Assembly: GCA_050273025.1 (NCBI GenBank)
Contig: CP158635.1
Span: 19,096,001-19,160,000, forward strand
Direction of reading: 5' to 3'
From: Cenococcum geophilum
Taxonomy: Eukaryota
DNA length: 64,000 bases
The translations under genes were made by a program, and so were the position numbers. The notes beneath the pieces are model-generated. The model was given only the letters and a program-made list of their open reading frames with translations, was not told where the DNA came from and ran no database searches. Shown here in pieces: positions 24,801 to 38,400 of this stretch (the stretch's first letter is position 1; each line of letters starts with the position of its first letter).

Positions 24801-27800
24801 TACTAACTACCCTATTATCCTTAAAATAAACTAGCTTAAATAACACAACCCTACTATTAACTAAAAAAAGAGAGAAGTAACCTTTAACTCTAAATACTAT
24901 AGAGAGACCTGCCTAGGATATGGCCTAGCCGTCTCTATCTACTCCCTAGGATACTAACCTAAGGAACCCCTTATTATCCTACCTACGACTAACTGCTACT
25001 ATATAAGTGCCGCGGCCTTCTACCGTATAGTATATAGGAAAGGCTAGACCATTACCGCAGCCTCCTAATTATAACTATATAAGCTTAATAAAGAATAAAA
25101 CTACGTCCTCTACAGTAATAGGATAGATATAGTTAACCTTTTAAAAAATGATGCCCCTATAGAACTCTACGGACTTTTACCTTTAGACTTTAAGAAGTTT
25201 ATAAAGCTTAAAAAAGGACTTACTAATAAGGAACTCCGCAAGCTCCTCCCTAAGAGGTATTATAACTTTATTAACGTATACTTATAAAAGAGCATAGATA
25301 TACTCCCCCTACATTAACCTAATAACTATACCATTAATATTAAATAAGGAAAAACGCCACCCTATAAAAGACCCTACTTAATATTAAAAGACGAACTTCT
25401 AGTTATTAAAAAGTATATCAATAAATACCTTAATAAAGGGTTTATTTGCCCTAGTATATCCCTAGTAGCCGCCCCTATCCTCCTTACTAAGAAGCTAAAA
25501 GGAGGTATTTAATTTTATGTTAGCTATAGAGGATTTAACGCTATTACAATTAAGAACTAATACCCCGTACCGCTTATACGTAAAACTCTTAAGCGGCTTA
25601 GCTAAGCTAAAATCTATACCAAGCTTAATATTATTGCCGCCTTTAACCGCCTCTAAATACAAGAAGGTGACGAATAAAAAACCACATTCGTATTACGCTT
25701 TAACTAATTTAAATATACTATTATGCCCTTTAGCGTATATAATGGCCTAGGCAGCTTTTAAAGCTATATTAATAACGCCTTATAGGACTACCTTAACGAC
25801 TTCTGCTCTGCGTACCTAGATAATATACTTATTTATAGTAATAACCCTTTTAAGTATACTAAGTACGTTTAAAAGGTCCTATAGCGCCTTAGGGACGTAG
25901 GACTTTATATTAATTTAAAGAAGTGCGAATTCTTAGTTATAGAAGTAAAATACCTTAGACTAATTGTTACTATTAAGGGTGTCTATATAGACCCTGAGAA
26001 GGTATATATAATTACTAAATAGCAAACCCCTAACTATATTAAAGACATATAAGCTTTTCTTAGTTTTACTAACTTCTATTAAAAATTTATATATAACTTC
26101 TTGGGTATTATAGCACTACTTACAGCAATAATATAAATAAAGGGCCTTTCCGTAAAAGGAAGAAAAATATATCTATGTTTTATCTAGACGCCTAAATACG
26201 AGAAGGCGTTTTAAGACCTTAAAGATACTTTTACTAAAGCACCTATCCTAGCTTACTTTATACTAGGACAACAACTCTATCTTAAGATTAACTCCTTAGA
26301 CTACGTTAACGCAGGCGTCCTCTCCTAAATAGGTAATAACGGTCTCCTCTACCTAGTCACATTTTATTCATCTAAGCTTATACTATAAGAATATAACTAC
26401 AAGATCTATAATAAGGAACTTCTTATAATTATATAAGCGTTTAAGGAATTCTAACCGGAACTCTCCTTAGCAGAACCTAACTAGCTAACTAAAGTCCTTA
26501 CGGATTATCGCAACCTTAAGTACTTTATAACTATAAAATAGCTAAACCGACGCTAAGCACGCTAGAACGAGTTCCTCTCTAGTTTTAACTTTAAAATCGC
26601 ATATAGGCTAGGAGTATAAGGTACTAAGCCTAATAGCCTAATATGCCGCTTATAAGACCTTCCTTAGTCTAAAGATAACCCCTATAACTAGTTCTAACAA
26701 TAGACGATCCTAAAAGCACGGAATTTGGCCCTAGGTATACTACCTACAATAAAGCCAACTATACCTCAGCTCTATACTATAGAACTAAAATTACCTCCCA
26801 AAATTAATAAGCTTATCACTACGGCATATAATACCTCTATTAACCTATTACTATATTAACTTATTACTATAAAGACCGCTAGCGCCTATACGCTGCTAAC
26901 TAAACTCTAAAGCTTAGGCTAGATTAATATAGTAGCCTTAAAAGTAAAAGAAAACAGGCTCTATTATAAAGGCCGTCTATTTATCCCCAACTTAGAAAAT
27001 CTATAACAGCAACTAATCTAAATGGCCTATAACCTCCGATTAAGCGGCTACCTAGGTAGAGAAGGAACCTATAAGCTTCTTAGCCGATACTACTTCTGGC
27101 CTAAAATAATAGACTTAGTTAAACGCTTTATAGGCGCCTGCTACAGTTATAAGCACGCTAAGGCCTTTAATATAAAGTACTAAGGACTACTACACCCTCT
27201 ACTAGTACCTATATGACGATAGGCAGATATTACTATAGATTTCGTTATTAACCTACTACCCTATAAGCGACATGGCCGTACCTATAAGAACATCCTTATA
27301 ATAATATACCGACTTATAAAAGAGCGCCACTACGTCCCAACCAAAGGCGTAGCCGTCAGCGACGTTACTAACGCCTTCCTTTGCGAAATCTACCAATTAC
27401 ATAGGTTACCTAACTTAATTACGTCTGACTAAGGCATATAGTTCGGCTCTAATATATAGAGACAAATCTTCTAACGCCTTAGCATCTCCGTTAAGATATC
27501 TATATCCTTCTACTACGAAACTGCTGGGTAACCAGAAAACGCTAATACTAGCATAAAAGCGTACCTATAATAGGTAGTCGCCTATAGTCAAGATAACTAA
27601 GTAAATCACCTCCTATTAGGTGAATTCGCAGCAAATAATTACGTCTTAACTACTATAGGACTTACCCCATTCTTCGCGAATAAGGGATATTACCCCTAAT
27701 CCAGTATAGAACCACCAAAACCTATTGATAAGAAACTGCTATATAGAAAATGCCTTAAGATACTACTTGCCAACCAGCATGCAGACCGTATAAAAAATCT

Positions 27801-29580
27801 ACTCAACTACTATAAGGGAGAAATGGCCTAGGCTTAAGTAAAGCAGGCTTACTTCGCCAACTATTATAGAACGCCACCACCGGAGATGCGTATTAGCGAC
27901 TAGGTATAGCTAGATATACGCAATATCTCTACACAAAGGCCTATAAAGTCACTTAATTATAAGAACCTCGGCCCCTACCTAATTAAACGAGTTATTAATA
28001 GGGGAGCCGTATATAAGCTAGAGCTCCTACCTACCCTAGCTACCTACGGGATATAGCCTATATTTTACCCATAGCTACTATACCTTTACTAGCCTAACCC
28101 CTTACCGGGGCAGATACAGCCTAAACCCCTACTAGTACTAATCTGAGATAAGAATAAAGATAAGAACTATAAGGAGTGGACCATTAAACAAATTATTAAC
28201 TCTAAATACTTTGGCAAAGGCAGAGGATAACGGCTTTACTATAGAGCTATATACACAGGATTCGATATAAATCAGCCAGAATAGCAACTATAGGAAGACT
28301 TTAAAAATGCAAAGGATCTAATTAGCAACTTTTATTACGCGAACCTATAGAAACCGGGCCTAAGCAGAGATTTTATACCTAATTCTCTATAGAAGCCCTT
28401 ATAGAGTTAAACCGTTATACATTACTATATAGGGGTAAATTACCATTAGATTGCCGTTAGATTGCGGTAAAGTATAATTACGTGACCAAAATATTGTTAA
28501 GATGTCCAGGAACTTTAACCGGCGGTTAAAGTTGTCTAATTAGTTAGATTTTTAAATGCTAAGCCTTATTATATAACGTTGTTTTAAGCCTTTAGTAATA
28601 CCCCCCTTTCTTCTTTTCTATACCCTAAGTATCCCTTCTATATATATATAGTAACCACAGCGTCGCCGGAGCTCCGCCTCTATAGGAGGGGGGGTAGTGT
28701 TACGGAACCCCACCGCAGGGGCCTCTATAGGAGAGCCCCGTGCTCTCGCATACACCTCGCGTATAGCTTATATCAGCTACGCGTAGGTATATCACCTCCT
28801 TACGCCCTCGACCCTTACGATTGATCGCGTAACGTCTTGTAGACTCCTCGAATATATACGTCTTGTAGCCACTACCCCGTCCCGTAACAAATTAGGAGTC
28901 TTTAGATATTGCTATAAGACTAAGTAAGAGGCTAGTTTTATAAGCGTAGATAGTTGCTAATATAGTAATCTACTTTCCATTTCTATCCTAACTAATATTT
29001 CTAACCCTACCACTATTAAAAGCCTTCTTACAAAAGATTCTCCTTATTTTCTTAAGGAAGCCAATAAAAAAGCCCTTTTTATCTATATTATACATATTCT
29101 CCAGTTATATATTATATTTAATAATCTCCCTACTAAGTAGTTTAAAATATAAGGCTGTAATATAGCGCTGAATTTGCCTTCTTATATATAGTATTAATTA
29201 GTAAGAGGTATCTGGTCTTTATAAGTAGCCAGCTAGCGCGCCGCCTAGTAATCTCCTGTAATTCTAGCTGCTAGATTTTAAACCATTACAGTTATAAGAG
29301 GAAGCCCGCGTTCGGTAAGGTCGTTAATATATTTTATAAGCGCTTTTAACTATACGCGGTCGAGTAATCGCATTAAATCATTCGTAGATTCCTTAGACTT
29401 AGTGACGTTACAAAAGCGCTTAGAGAGGGTCGTACGGTCGCATCCATGCTTTTTTACTATTACAGAAATATTCGGCTTGTCTTAAAGCCTTAAATCAGCA
29501 AAAGCAGCGTCGATATTCGCTATTTTGGTGGTAATACTATTTAATTTTAACAATTTTGATGGGGTTAAACCGTACACACC
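21864..29580 (-). mobile_element. pogo/Fot1-type DNA transposon remnant split by Gypsy C (pieces about 21864-22545 and 28890-29580)
   Basis: Minus-strand HTH start (ANIDAAFADLRL..KKHGCDRTTLSKRF) near 29520, and DDE_1-like motifs (WRLLIIDGHGSH, PPHSTHRLQPLD de-RIPed) at ~22250-22520. Ends are approximate. Confidence 0.78.
22546..28889 (+). mobile_element. Full-length Ty3/Gypsy chromovirus, family C, RIP-inactivated
   Basis: 192-bp LTRs at 22546-22737 and 28698-28889 (TG...CA); TSD AATTA; PPT GGAGGGGGGGTAG; degenerate gag, protease, RT (AYLDNILIYS), RNase H, integrase and chromodomain motifs. Confidence 0.95.
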
Positions 29581-30436
29581 CTGGCGGAGACTTCTATATA
29601 AAAGAAGAGAAAATACAGTTTTTAATAGAAGAGGAGCTCTTGGTGATTTAAATCGCTATTTATATAGATATATCGTAAAGTAAAGCTCCTATAATCTAAA
29701 GCTCTCAGCCAGAAAATATCCGTCCTCCCCACGCCGCTTCGAGATTCGACTTTCCACCCCTATCCCTTACACCGTCGAGTTCCTCAAAATTATGGCCCGT
29801 GCGAGCAACGCCAAAAATCGTCCTTATCATCAAATATGGCTGTAAATATATAGAATAAGTTATATATATAGTTGATCCTTAATATTTACTTATGCTATAT
29901 AAGTCCTCTAGCAGTCTACTTATTATTTAAGGCCCTGTTTTTATACTATAAGTGGTAATATTTAATATATAAAGTTTAATCTATTTACAAGAGTCGCATA
30001 ACAACAATATTTATGTTTTTGGTGTTCGCGCACGGGCCACTTGTTTTGCGCCTTTCTCAGCCGGGTAAAAAGGCGTGCACGGGCTGTTCGCGTGCACGGA
30101 GGTAAAATCAAAGAACGAAAGCCTAAATCTAGTTGACGGCGGTGCCTACAATAGGTACGGATCTCACGCTAATTAGTTAAATGAGAGAGGCACTGACTCC
30201 TTTGCATAATAGTTACAGTATCGTACTCTGTTCGGCTCATCGCTAGGCCGGCCTTTGCGCCCGCAATAAGCGCTCAGCCCAAGAGCTGAGAATACGGCCA
30301 GCAGCGAGAATTGCAAAGGCAACAATAGTAGCCATGCATTCTCCCGAGAATTTCAGCTCTTCATTTCTTTAATTTCCCTCCTCAACCACGATTTTTGGGC
30401 GTCTTTTCCCTCAAATCTCTCGGGGTTTTCGTCGAA

Positions 30437-32568
30437 ATGGTGAATGGCACTGTTTATTGTGGGCTCTGGATCAATGAAGGTTAGTATTATGCTACATGCT
30501 ATCGCAACTCCTCCCAGCTTTCTCACAAACTTTCAGGCAAAGGCCAATCTCTTGGCGCGACGCTCACGCTCCGTAAGGAATGGGGCTTCGTTCTTGTCTC
30601 CTTCTTGACGCTCTATGTGCGCTACGCCGGCAGTCACTTCTGGGCCATCATTTGTTTCGCTTTACATCAAACGCGAGCGACATCTCAAGGCCAAGATGAT
30701 CTCCACCACCAGCTCCAAGTCTTGCTCCGGGCCCGTTCTAGCAGTGGCGGCATGGTGATGAACGTGCTTGAGATGAGCTGGGGCCGGAGGCTGGACAGAT
30801 GCGCAGCGCTCCTCCGCTGCTTTCCTATTGTGCTATTGGCAACCATGCATTTGGCGGCGTTTGGTGTTGCAGGACTGTTCTCGTCAAAAGCCATTACCAA
30901 TAGCGACAACGAAGTCTTGGCCCGAAGCGCTTCTTGCGGATGGATGGACGAAGAGCCGCTTACGGGCAGGACAACCCCCAGCTTTGATGACGCAGCCAGA
31001 GAGACTGCAGATGCATTTTTAGTCACGACTCGTTGGAGTGTTCGGAGAGGCTACGATTACGCGCGCTCATGCTACGGTGATTTGCTAGGCGCTACCGATG
31101 GTTCAACTTGCAACATTTACGTTAAACCGAGCATCAACTCGATAACAACTACCGCAGCTCCTTGCCCATTCCCAGGAAGGGTCTGTGCCACAGATGCCGT
31201 TACGATAGATTCAGGATATATAGACTCAGATCGTCATCTCGGAATTAACGTACATGAGAAGGACAGAATTTCTATAAGGAAAGTGCTCTCATGTGCTCCT
31301 TTGCTCGGTGAAAAGTATACTCAGGGTTGGTTCCAGCCTCCGGCGTCCGCGGGGGTTATACCAAACAACTCTTATAAGGCATACTACTTCGGCCCGCGTC
31401 TATCAGATGCGGCAACCAATCGCTCCTCCACCGAGTACACATTTACCATAAGCAATTTCTCGCTTCACCTAGCTCAGTCGGAATATCACATTAGGTATGT
31501 TTCCGCGAGCTAAACTTTGATTGCCTACTCTTCTCTGACCAGCATCCGATTCATAGTTACGCGTCGTACTTTCCTACCAATGAATCAGCGAGTCAGTTCA
31601 CTCCCATACCAGAATTGCTAGCTAGCCAGGCCGATATCTTCTTGATGGGTCTAGAAAACAGAGCAGTATACCCCAACATGGTGGAAGACCCGTGGTTCGA
31701 AGCGAGCATTCGCAGTAGATCGAAATTTTTTACCGCTTCGAAAGATTTGTCATTTCTAGGTTGCATAGAGCGCTATCAATTCTGTACGAACAGTGAAGCC
31801 GAGTGCAGTCCCCTGACCGGTTTCTATAGCTTATCCCCAGATCCCAGTCAAAACTTCGACCTGAGCGCAACACAAAGAGCTGTTTTCCGGCTCCTGTGGA
31901 AGGCTGTAGAGGGCATGTCACTCTACGTAACGCTCATGATTCTTAATAAAGACCCACTGCTCGCAAACAACTACTTATGGGGAGGAGGAGGCTTTACATC
32001 GAGTCCGCTCCCAGGGAACCATTGGCAGAGCGAGGTTCGCAACATCTTCAACGCTTCGCTCGCGCTTCTGCAGCAACGCGTTGTCGAATACGCGTCGCCA
32101 CCAGTGGTTGAGTTCCGGCCTGGGATTAGCTCGCTCAAACATGTTGTCCGTCCTACTGACTCGGAAGCACTTCGACTTTGCGACCAAGTCAAGATACTCA
32201 CCACTAATTACACGTCCTTCAGCTTCCTCGGAGTCGTACTGACTCTTTTGGCCGGGGGCATAATCATTTCCACCAATATGTCTCTTCCCACTGTCGTGTC
32301 CTGGGTGCAGCTAAAGAGGGGCAAGGGACTCCACCAGCGACTCGAATGGATCGAGACCAATGGATTGCAACTGCAACGAATGGCGTGTGAGGGGCGCGGA
32401 ATTGGGCCGTGGAGTGGACGAGAGGATTATGCTCCCAGCACTGTTGTCGTGGGACAGAAGTTTTCCCTTACCAAACTTTCGTTAGAGCACAGGAACCGTT
32501 CGTCTTCAGAGTATGAGCTGTTAGACCAGACTCGTGGTGCTCCTTACCGCTCTTTCATAACGCCTTAG
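30437..32568 (+). CDS. Conserved fungal multi-pass membrane protein of unknown function, 670 aa, 3 exons (30437-30479, 30537-31494, 31557-32568)
   Basis: GT-AG introns 30480-30536 and 31495-31556 with CTCAC/CTGAC branch sites join the ORF-track frames in phase (2013 nt). N-terminus MVNGTVYCGLWINEGKGQSLGATLTL; hydrophobic segments near both ends; balanced GC and no internal stops. Confidence 0.88.
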
Positions 32569-32799
32569 CATAAAGATGGCCAGTCGAAAAGAGCGGCCAG
32601 CCGAACGGGCACGGTGGAGAAAACGGCCTTGTAGACCTCTTGGCAAAGTCCAACAGACCGTTATGCCTCATCTAAATAGGAAGAGTCACGAGACAATGTG
32701 CTTTCTTTCCGTTCTCAGTGATAATCAGCATGCTAAAAACATTTCGCCAATCTCAGCACAGAGGTGGACACACGGTACCAAGCCACAAGCTGCACGGCA

Positions 32800-33510
32800 C
32801 CTTCGGAGAGAGTTGTGTGTGGAGTTTTCTAGCTAATGAATCCTGCGGCTTGGGTAATAGCAAGAGGCATGTAGTCGAGAGCGCACAGGAGTCCCTTCGC
32901 ATCATCTTCATTAAAGTTCCCCTGAAGCTTCTTATGAAGGAGGTCCATTACAAGTTTTTCACCCATCGAGTCGACCGTTATAATGTCTCTAGTATCTCCT
33001 TTTATTTTAAAGGCTACATCCCGGCTCTGAGAAGCGGCAAGGATGGATCCATTTTAAGATCGGGAAGGAATTCCGATAAAAGGAGACAATGTCTTTGATC
33101 GCGCGCTCCGGCTCATCCGAGTCGAATCGTCCTTGGACCAGGCCCTTGATCGTCACACGGTGTCTGCTTCTGGAAGATCCTGTCCGACAGCGATACATGC
33201 GTCAATGCACTCATTAACCGTCATCCGAAGCCGACCAAGCATGACGGCTATAAGACTGGGCTATTTATTAGCCCTAAATCCCATAACGTTAATAATACCA
33301 TTAACTAACCCGCTAGTGCTAGTGCCTCTAAATATATCAAAGTAGTCGCAAGGCTTCGGCGGCGATTCTGGGTCGGCCTTCTCCATTAGCTACCTTAGGA
33401 TCTAAAGGGTTAACAGGCCTTAGACGCCGCTGCCGTTAAGGGCAAGCAGGTGGAGTTTATGCTCAGGTGTGGCTGGGGAATGGATGGGTAGTAAGGCTCA
33501 ATAGAAACAT
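32800..33510 (-). pseudogene. Degraded patatin-like phospholipase / NB-ARC (NLR-like) gene, internally deleted
   Basis: Minus strand reads LLALNGSGV*GL...PKPCDYFDIFRGTSTSG [intron] LIAVMLGRLRMTVNECID (patatin DGGG/GTSTG decayed), then jumps to NGSILAASQSRD...LDYMPLAITQAAGFI (NB-ARC C-terminal part). Contains stops and frameshifts. Confidence 0.82.
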
Positions 33511-33790
33511 GCAGCAGCACAATCACGAACCCACACAGCTGCGGGGTTGTGTTATAGAAAGTGTTGTAGTTCATCTTCGGCTTAAAAAGGCTGAGAATGC
33601 GGGTGCGGCTAATACCTAGCCTACTGGCTGCAGCTGCTAAATGAGAGTGATCTCCTTTACCTTAACAAGCTTAGACTATAGAATTAAATTAGCGGATATA
33701 TATATATATATCCGCAAGTAGATAATTTAAAAGGCATTATTAAGTAGTTATAACAGGTAAGGTAAATAGTTTTGGTGGTGGGCTAAATTA

Positions 33791-35010
33791 CAGTCGCTTC
33801 GGTAAAAGACGATCAAATGCCAGAAACCATGATCAAAAATAGAAATTTGCCGAATCCTCACCTGTTTGAACCCTTTTTCTGTACTCGCGCATGCCACTAC
33901 CCATTACCTTATTATTACCTTATATTTAAAGCCATGGGCAAACCTGCCTGGTTGACTGAACAGAAGTCGATTGTACAAGCTCTAATTAACCTTGGCAACG
34001 ACGATTTCTATATAGAAGTTAAGACCCGCGTTCTTTAACCTACTCTTTGATATTAGAGGGTAAATTTAAGGAGATTTAGCCAGATTAATCCACCGATTAA
34101 GGCGAGTAGTAGGCTGCTGCTACTTACAGATAAGGCTCTAGATGTATAACGTTAGGTATTATTAATATTAATTTATTAACGCGTACCTTAGGGCCTCCTT
34201 AAATACCTCTTATATAGCCCAGACGCCTATTTTAAAGAGATGCTCTAGTTTCTATATAATGAATATAATATAATAGTGGCACAGAGTACGCTATCGGCTA
34301 GATTAAAGCGAAGGAGATAAAGTAGAAAGGTTATAAGGATAATTATATAATAACGCAACCTAGGCCTAAGAGATAACTAGATCGTTTAAACCTATAGCTA
34401 TAGGCGTAATTAGTTTATTTTTATTAATAAATTAGCTTATAATAAAAAGATAATAAATAAGAAGTATAGGTAGGCACCTATTAATAAGCCTACTAAAGGA
34501 ATGTCAGAATTAAAGAGATCTAAAAGATAGAGCTTACTACTAGCGTATACCTAGCAGGGCTATATGCCTAGTTGGTTAATATACTAAGGCTCTATTAACG
34601 GGTTAATATTTATTTAGTAGATAAAGAACGAGGTTTTTACTTATATGTAGCCTTATCTATAGCCTTGTTTAGTTCTAGTAATAGATAATATATTAATCCA
34701 TTATAATAAGGTATATAGTAACTATAAAGGATAGGCGCGCTAACGCTGCTACTTACTTAAATCTAGGAAGTTTAACGCCTCTATAATGCTGCTGGTGTTA
34801 AACTTAAATATCTTCCTCCTTACTTACCCAATTTTAATCCAATTAAGGCCTCTTTTTATAACTTAAAGTAGTGGCTACATACTTATTAATTTAAAGCTAA
34901 ACTATAGAATAACTTTAGCGACTTTTTAAACTATACGGTAGAGTAATAAGGATTTAATAAAAGGGTAAAAGGCTATTTCTTACGGGTAGGAATTAAGCAG
35001 TAGATAAAGG
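33791..35010 (+). mobile_element. Tc1/IS630-type DNA transposon (transposase from ATG 33934), RIP-inactivated; right end not seen
   Basis: TA|CAGTCGC left end; degenerate FIDES, VLVMDNASIH and LEYLPPYSPDFNPIE motifs, with a probable intron at ~34710-34765. Confidence 0.8.
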
Positions 35011-35401
35011 GAAGGATACGGTCTATTATTATATAGAGCGCCTACTAATTAAGACGTTAAGTAAGGCCTCTGCTATAGCACTATAACGTTACCAATCTAT
35101 TCTAAAGTCCTCTAAGTTATCTACTATACGATTAATAAGCCTGTATATTAAGCCAATCCTATATAGCTTTATATAGCCTATATTGTTATTAAGCAGCGCA
35201 TACTTAAGTATCTTAAAGGTATAGTACTTGTTAACTAAAATTAACTCCGCTTTAGTAAAGGCGTAGGCAAAAGCTAGATAACGGCTTTATAGCCATTTAA
35301 TAAAGGCACTAAGTTTACTATTTAATTATTTAATATCGCTGCGGGCGGGGCTGCTAGGTAGTAGGCTAGTAGAAGGCATATTTAAGAGTAAATAGTAAGG
35401 A

Positions 35402-38400
35402 TGTTACGGACGCTTTAAGTACAATATTACGACTACTTGGAAAAGAGTCGGAAGAAGCTAGTTAGTTAATTTAAGCACGATTCAGGATGGAGCCGATAGA
35501 GCTATATAACGAGGAATGGTAACTAAGGTCACATAATATAATCTATAGGATCTATAGGATCTATATAATCCATAACAGAGTAGATAAAGCACACGTATAT
35601 TACGTATAAGAAGGATTTTATAGGAGTACGGTTGTATATTTAAGGACTTTTAGTCCCTACCTAGATAGTTCCTTCTTTGTAGTGATTCTCAGAATATAAT
35701 TAGAGTTAATTTATTAGACAACTACTCCACTAGTTATTATTACGTTATTAACTTTACCTTGTATTACCTATACACTTAGCCTAATAACGAGCCCATCGTA
35801 GTTCCTACTATAAGGTTTTATTACATGATTACTACCTAGTTACGGTATTAAGTATAGAAAGTTAAATAATATACCACTAAAAGCAGCTACTATAACGCCA
35901 TTAACGGCGGCAACTACTTCAAGGTTAAGTGACACTCGTATAGCGGACACTGACTTATAGCAACCTATAACGGTTAGATAGCTATAAGAGATAGTTAACC
36001 AGTTAATAACAAACAATGCGGCGCTAGAAGAAAGGGTTAATAGGATAGGAGCAGTAAAGATTAAGTTACTATTAATTAAGAGATATTTAGGGGAGAGATT
36101 AAAGCTTAAAGGGTTTCTTATATAAATACACTTTAAAGTTACACAGGAAGGGGTAAAACTACCAACACTTATAGATTGAATAGCCTATGCAGGACTATTC
36201 CTATTAGGAAGGGCACTTAAATAGTTTAAGCCTTACCTTACGGAAATATAGGCAAACGGAATAACGACCACTAATTAAGAGGTACAATTTATATTCTTAA
36301 GCTAGGAAGGGTTTACGAAGCAACTTATATAAATATTTGGAGACCTAAAGGCAGTAACTATGGCGAAAAAAAACTCTAAGACATTATATAATAAACCTTA
36401 GCAATTAAGTATACAATACAGTTCTAGACGTTAGCGACGTAAGTTAAATGGAATAATAAGGCGCTTATAGCATAGTATAAGCAAGGACTTAAGGCTAAAG
36501 TCTAGGATGTAATTATCCTAATAAAAATGCGGACATCTTAAGGGAGTTAATAGATTAAGCGATTAAGATTAATAGTCGGATTTACTAAAGGGAACAGGCT
36601 AAGAGAGGTTAGGATAGAGTTCTATAGTTATATAAGGCGTAGAGTACGCAACAACTAAAGCTAAGTTAGAAACTATAGTATAGCGCAGAGCTAATAGACC
36701 TAAGTAGTACTAAAGAAGCCTATAAGAGATAGAGTAAGAAACTATAAAAACCTAGAGGTTAAGGATCTAGTAATTATAGGACTAAGGAGTAAAGGCCAAA
36801 CTAGGGATTTTAGTAGTAGAAGACGTTTAGGCGGACTCTATAATAAAGTTAATAGTTTAAGAATAGAGCTTGCATAAATTGCGGAAAATAAGGTTACTTT
36901 ATAAGGGATTATAAAAATGGTTAGAGTTACTATGCAATAAAGGGAACTAGACTAGTAGTAGAAGACATATATATATAGAGAGATAATAGTATACTGCGAG
37001 GAACAAAAGAGTATTTAATTAGAAGTTTTATATTCTGTTATAATAACGCATACTAAATTTATAAAGACGCTAAATATAGTATAAGCTATTGGCTATAGGA
37101 GCTAATAACCTTAAAATATAAAGGAACCAATAAACCAGTTCGCAGATTGGATATTAAGGACAATAAATTTAATATAGGTAAACTATTCCATAATAATAAG
37201 GCAACGAAGGCAGCTTACTAGGAGTATATAGACCTTGGAGATATTATATAAGAGGTAGAGAATAATTCTACTATAGAATAGGGAATATTAATAGGGATTA
37301 AGACCCCACTAGATATAATATCTATCGCTTTACAAGACGCAAGAGAAGTAGGATAGTAAACTACTTTAGTACTTAATAAAGGTAAAAGGCTAAAGGCTTA
37401 AAATTCTTAAAACAAGATAAGAGATAACTAAGACTCTTAAGATAAGATAAGGCATACCTAAGGACCTATAATAGACAGAAACCGATAAAGTAGGGTAATA
37501 GCTTAGTTTAAGGACATATAAATAAGCTCGGGATAGAGTTTCCCATAGGCATAAGATTTTCAAGATAAAATAAGTGAGATTTAAGACTCTTAAGATAAGA
37601 TAAGGACACCTAAGCCTAGTTAGACTAAGGTAGGAGTAAAGCTTAAGACAGAAGCAAGCTTAGGATTAAGAATTCTATAGAACTAAGATTTTAAGACATA
37701 AATAAGAACTACTAACAAGATTAAAAAGTAAGAAGACTTTAAAGATCTACTTAGAAGATAAAAACCGAAAGAAACTATAATAGAATTCAGAGCTAGAATT
37801 ATTGCATAGCAATAACAAAAGTTAAATTAAAGGACTAACACACTAGGACGTACTAAGGATAGAGTACTTATACGGAGAATTACTAATAGGCCTAGGATAG
37901 GCATACTAAGAGCTAAGTAGCTTACCGAACTGGAAAATAAAGAGGATTTAAAGATTTTAACTAGGTTTAAGGAATAATATATAAAGGGCTATCATAATAT
38001 AGCAATAAGAAGATACTTCCTTATAAATAAGCTGTATATACTCCAGTAATTATACTAAAAGTAGTATAGACAAAGGCATAATAATAAGTGGGAAGATTTC
38101 TATATGTGGTTGGATAAGAAAGTTATCTAAAACTACCTAATCACAGAAAAGACTATAAGTTACATTAAAGGAGCCTTAATTATAACGTTAAAAGATCTAG
38201 AGGAGTAATTAGAGGACTAGAGAAGTAAAAGGCAAATTATAGTACCTATAAACAAAGCCGTAACGCTTAAATTAACACAAGAAAGGTTTAAACTTAAGGA
38301 TAAAGACGAGCTAAGAGTTAACCTAAGACACTAAGCATATTATACATTAGCATAGATAATATACGTAGATAATGCGTATAATATATATAGAGCACTAAAG

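Noticed and set aside
30685..32204. Antisense and alternative-frame ORFs overlapping the membrane protein gene
   Set aside because: They are shadows of a GC-balanced coding region with no independent support.
32576..33345. Plus-strand ORFs of 86, 126 and 70 aa
   Set aside because: The recognisable coding signal is on the minus strand (patatin/NB-ARC remnant); these ORFs show no motifs.
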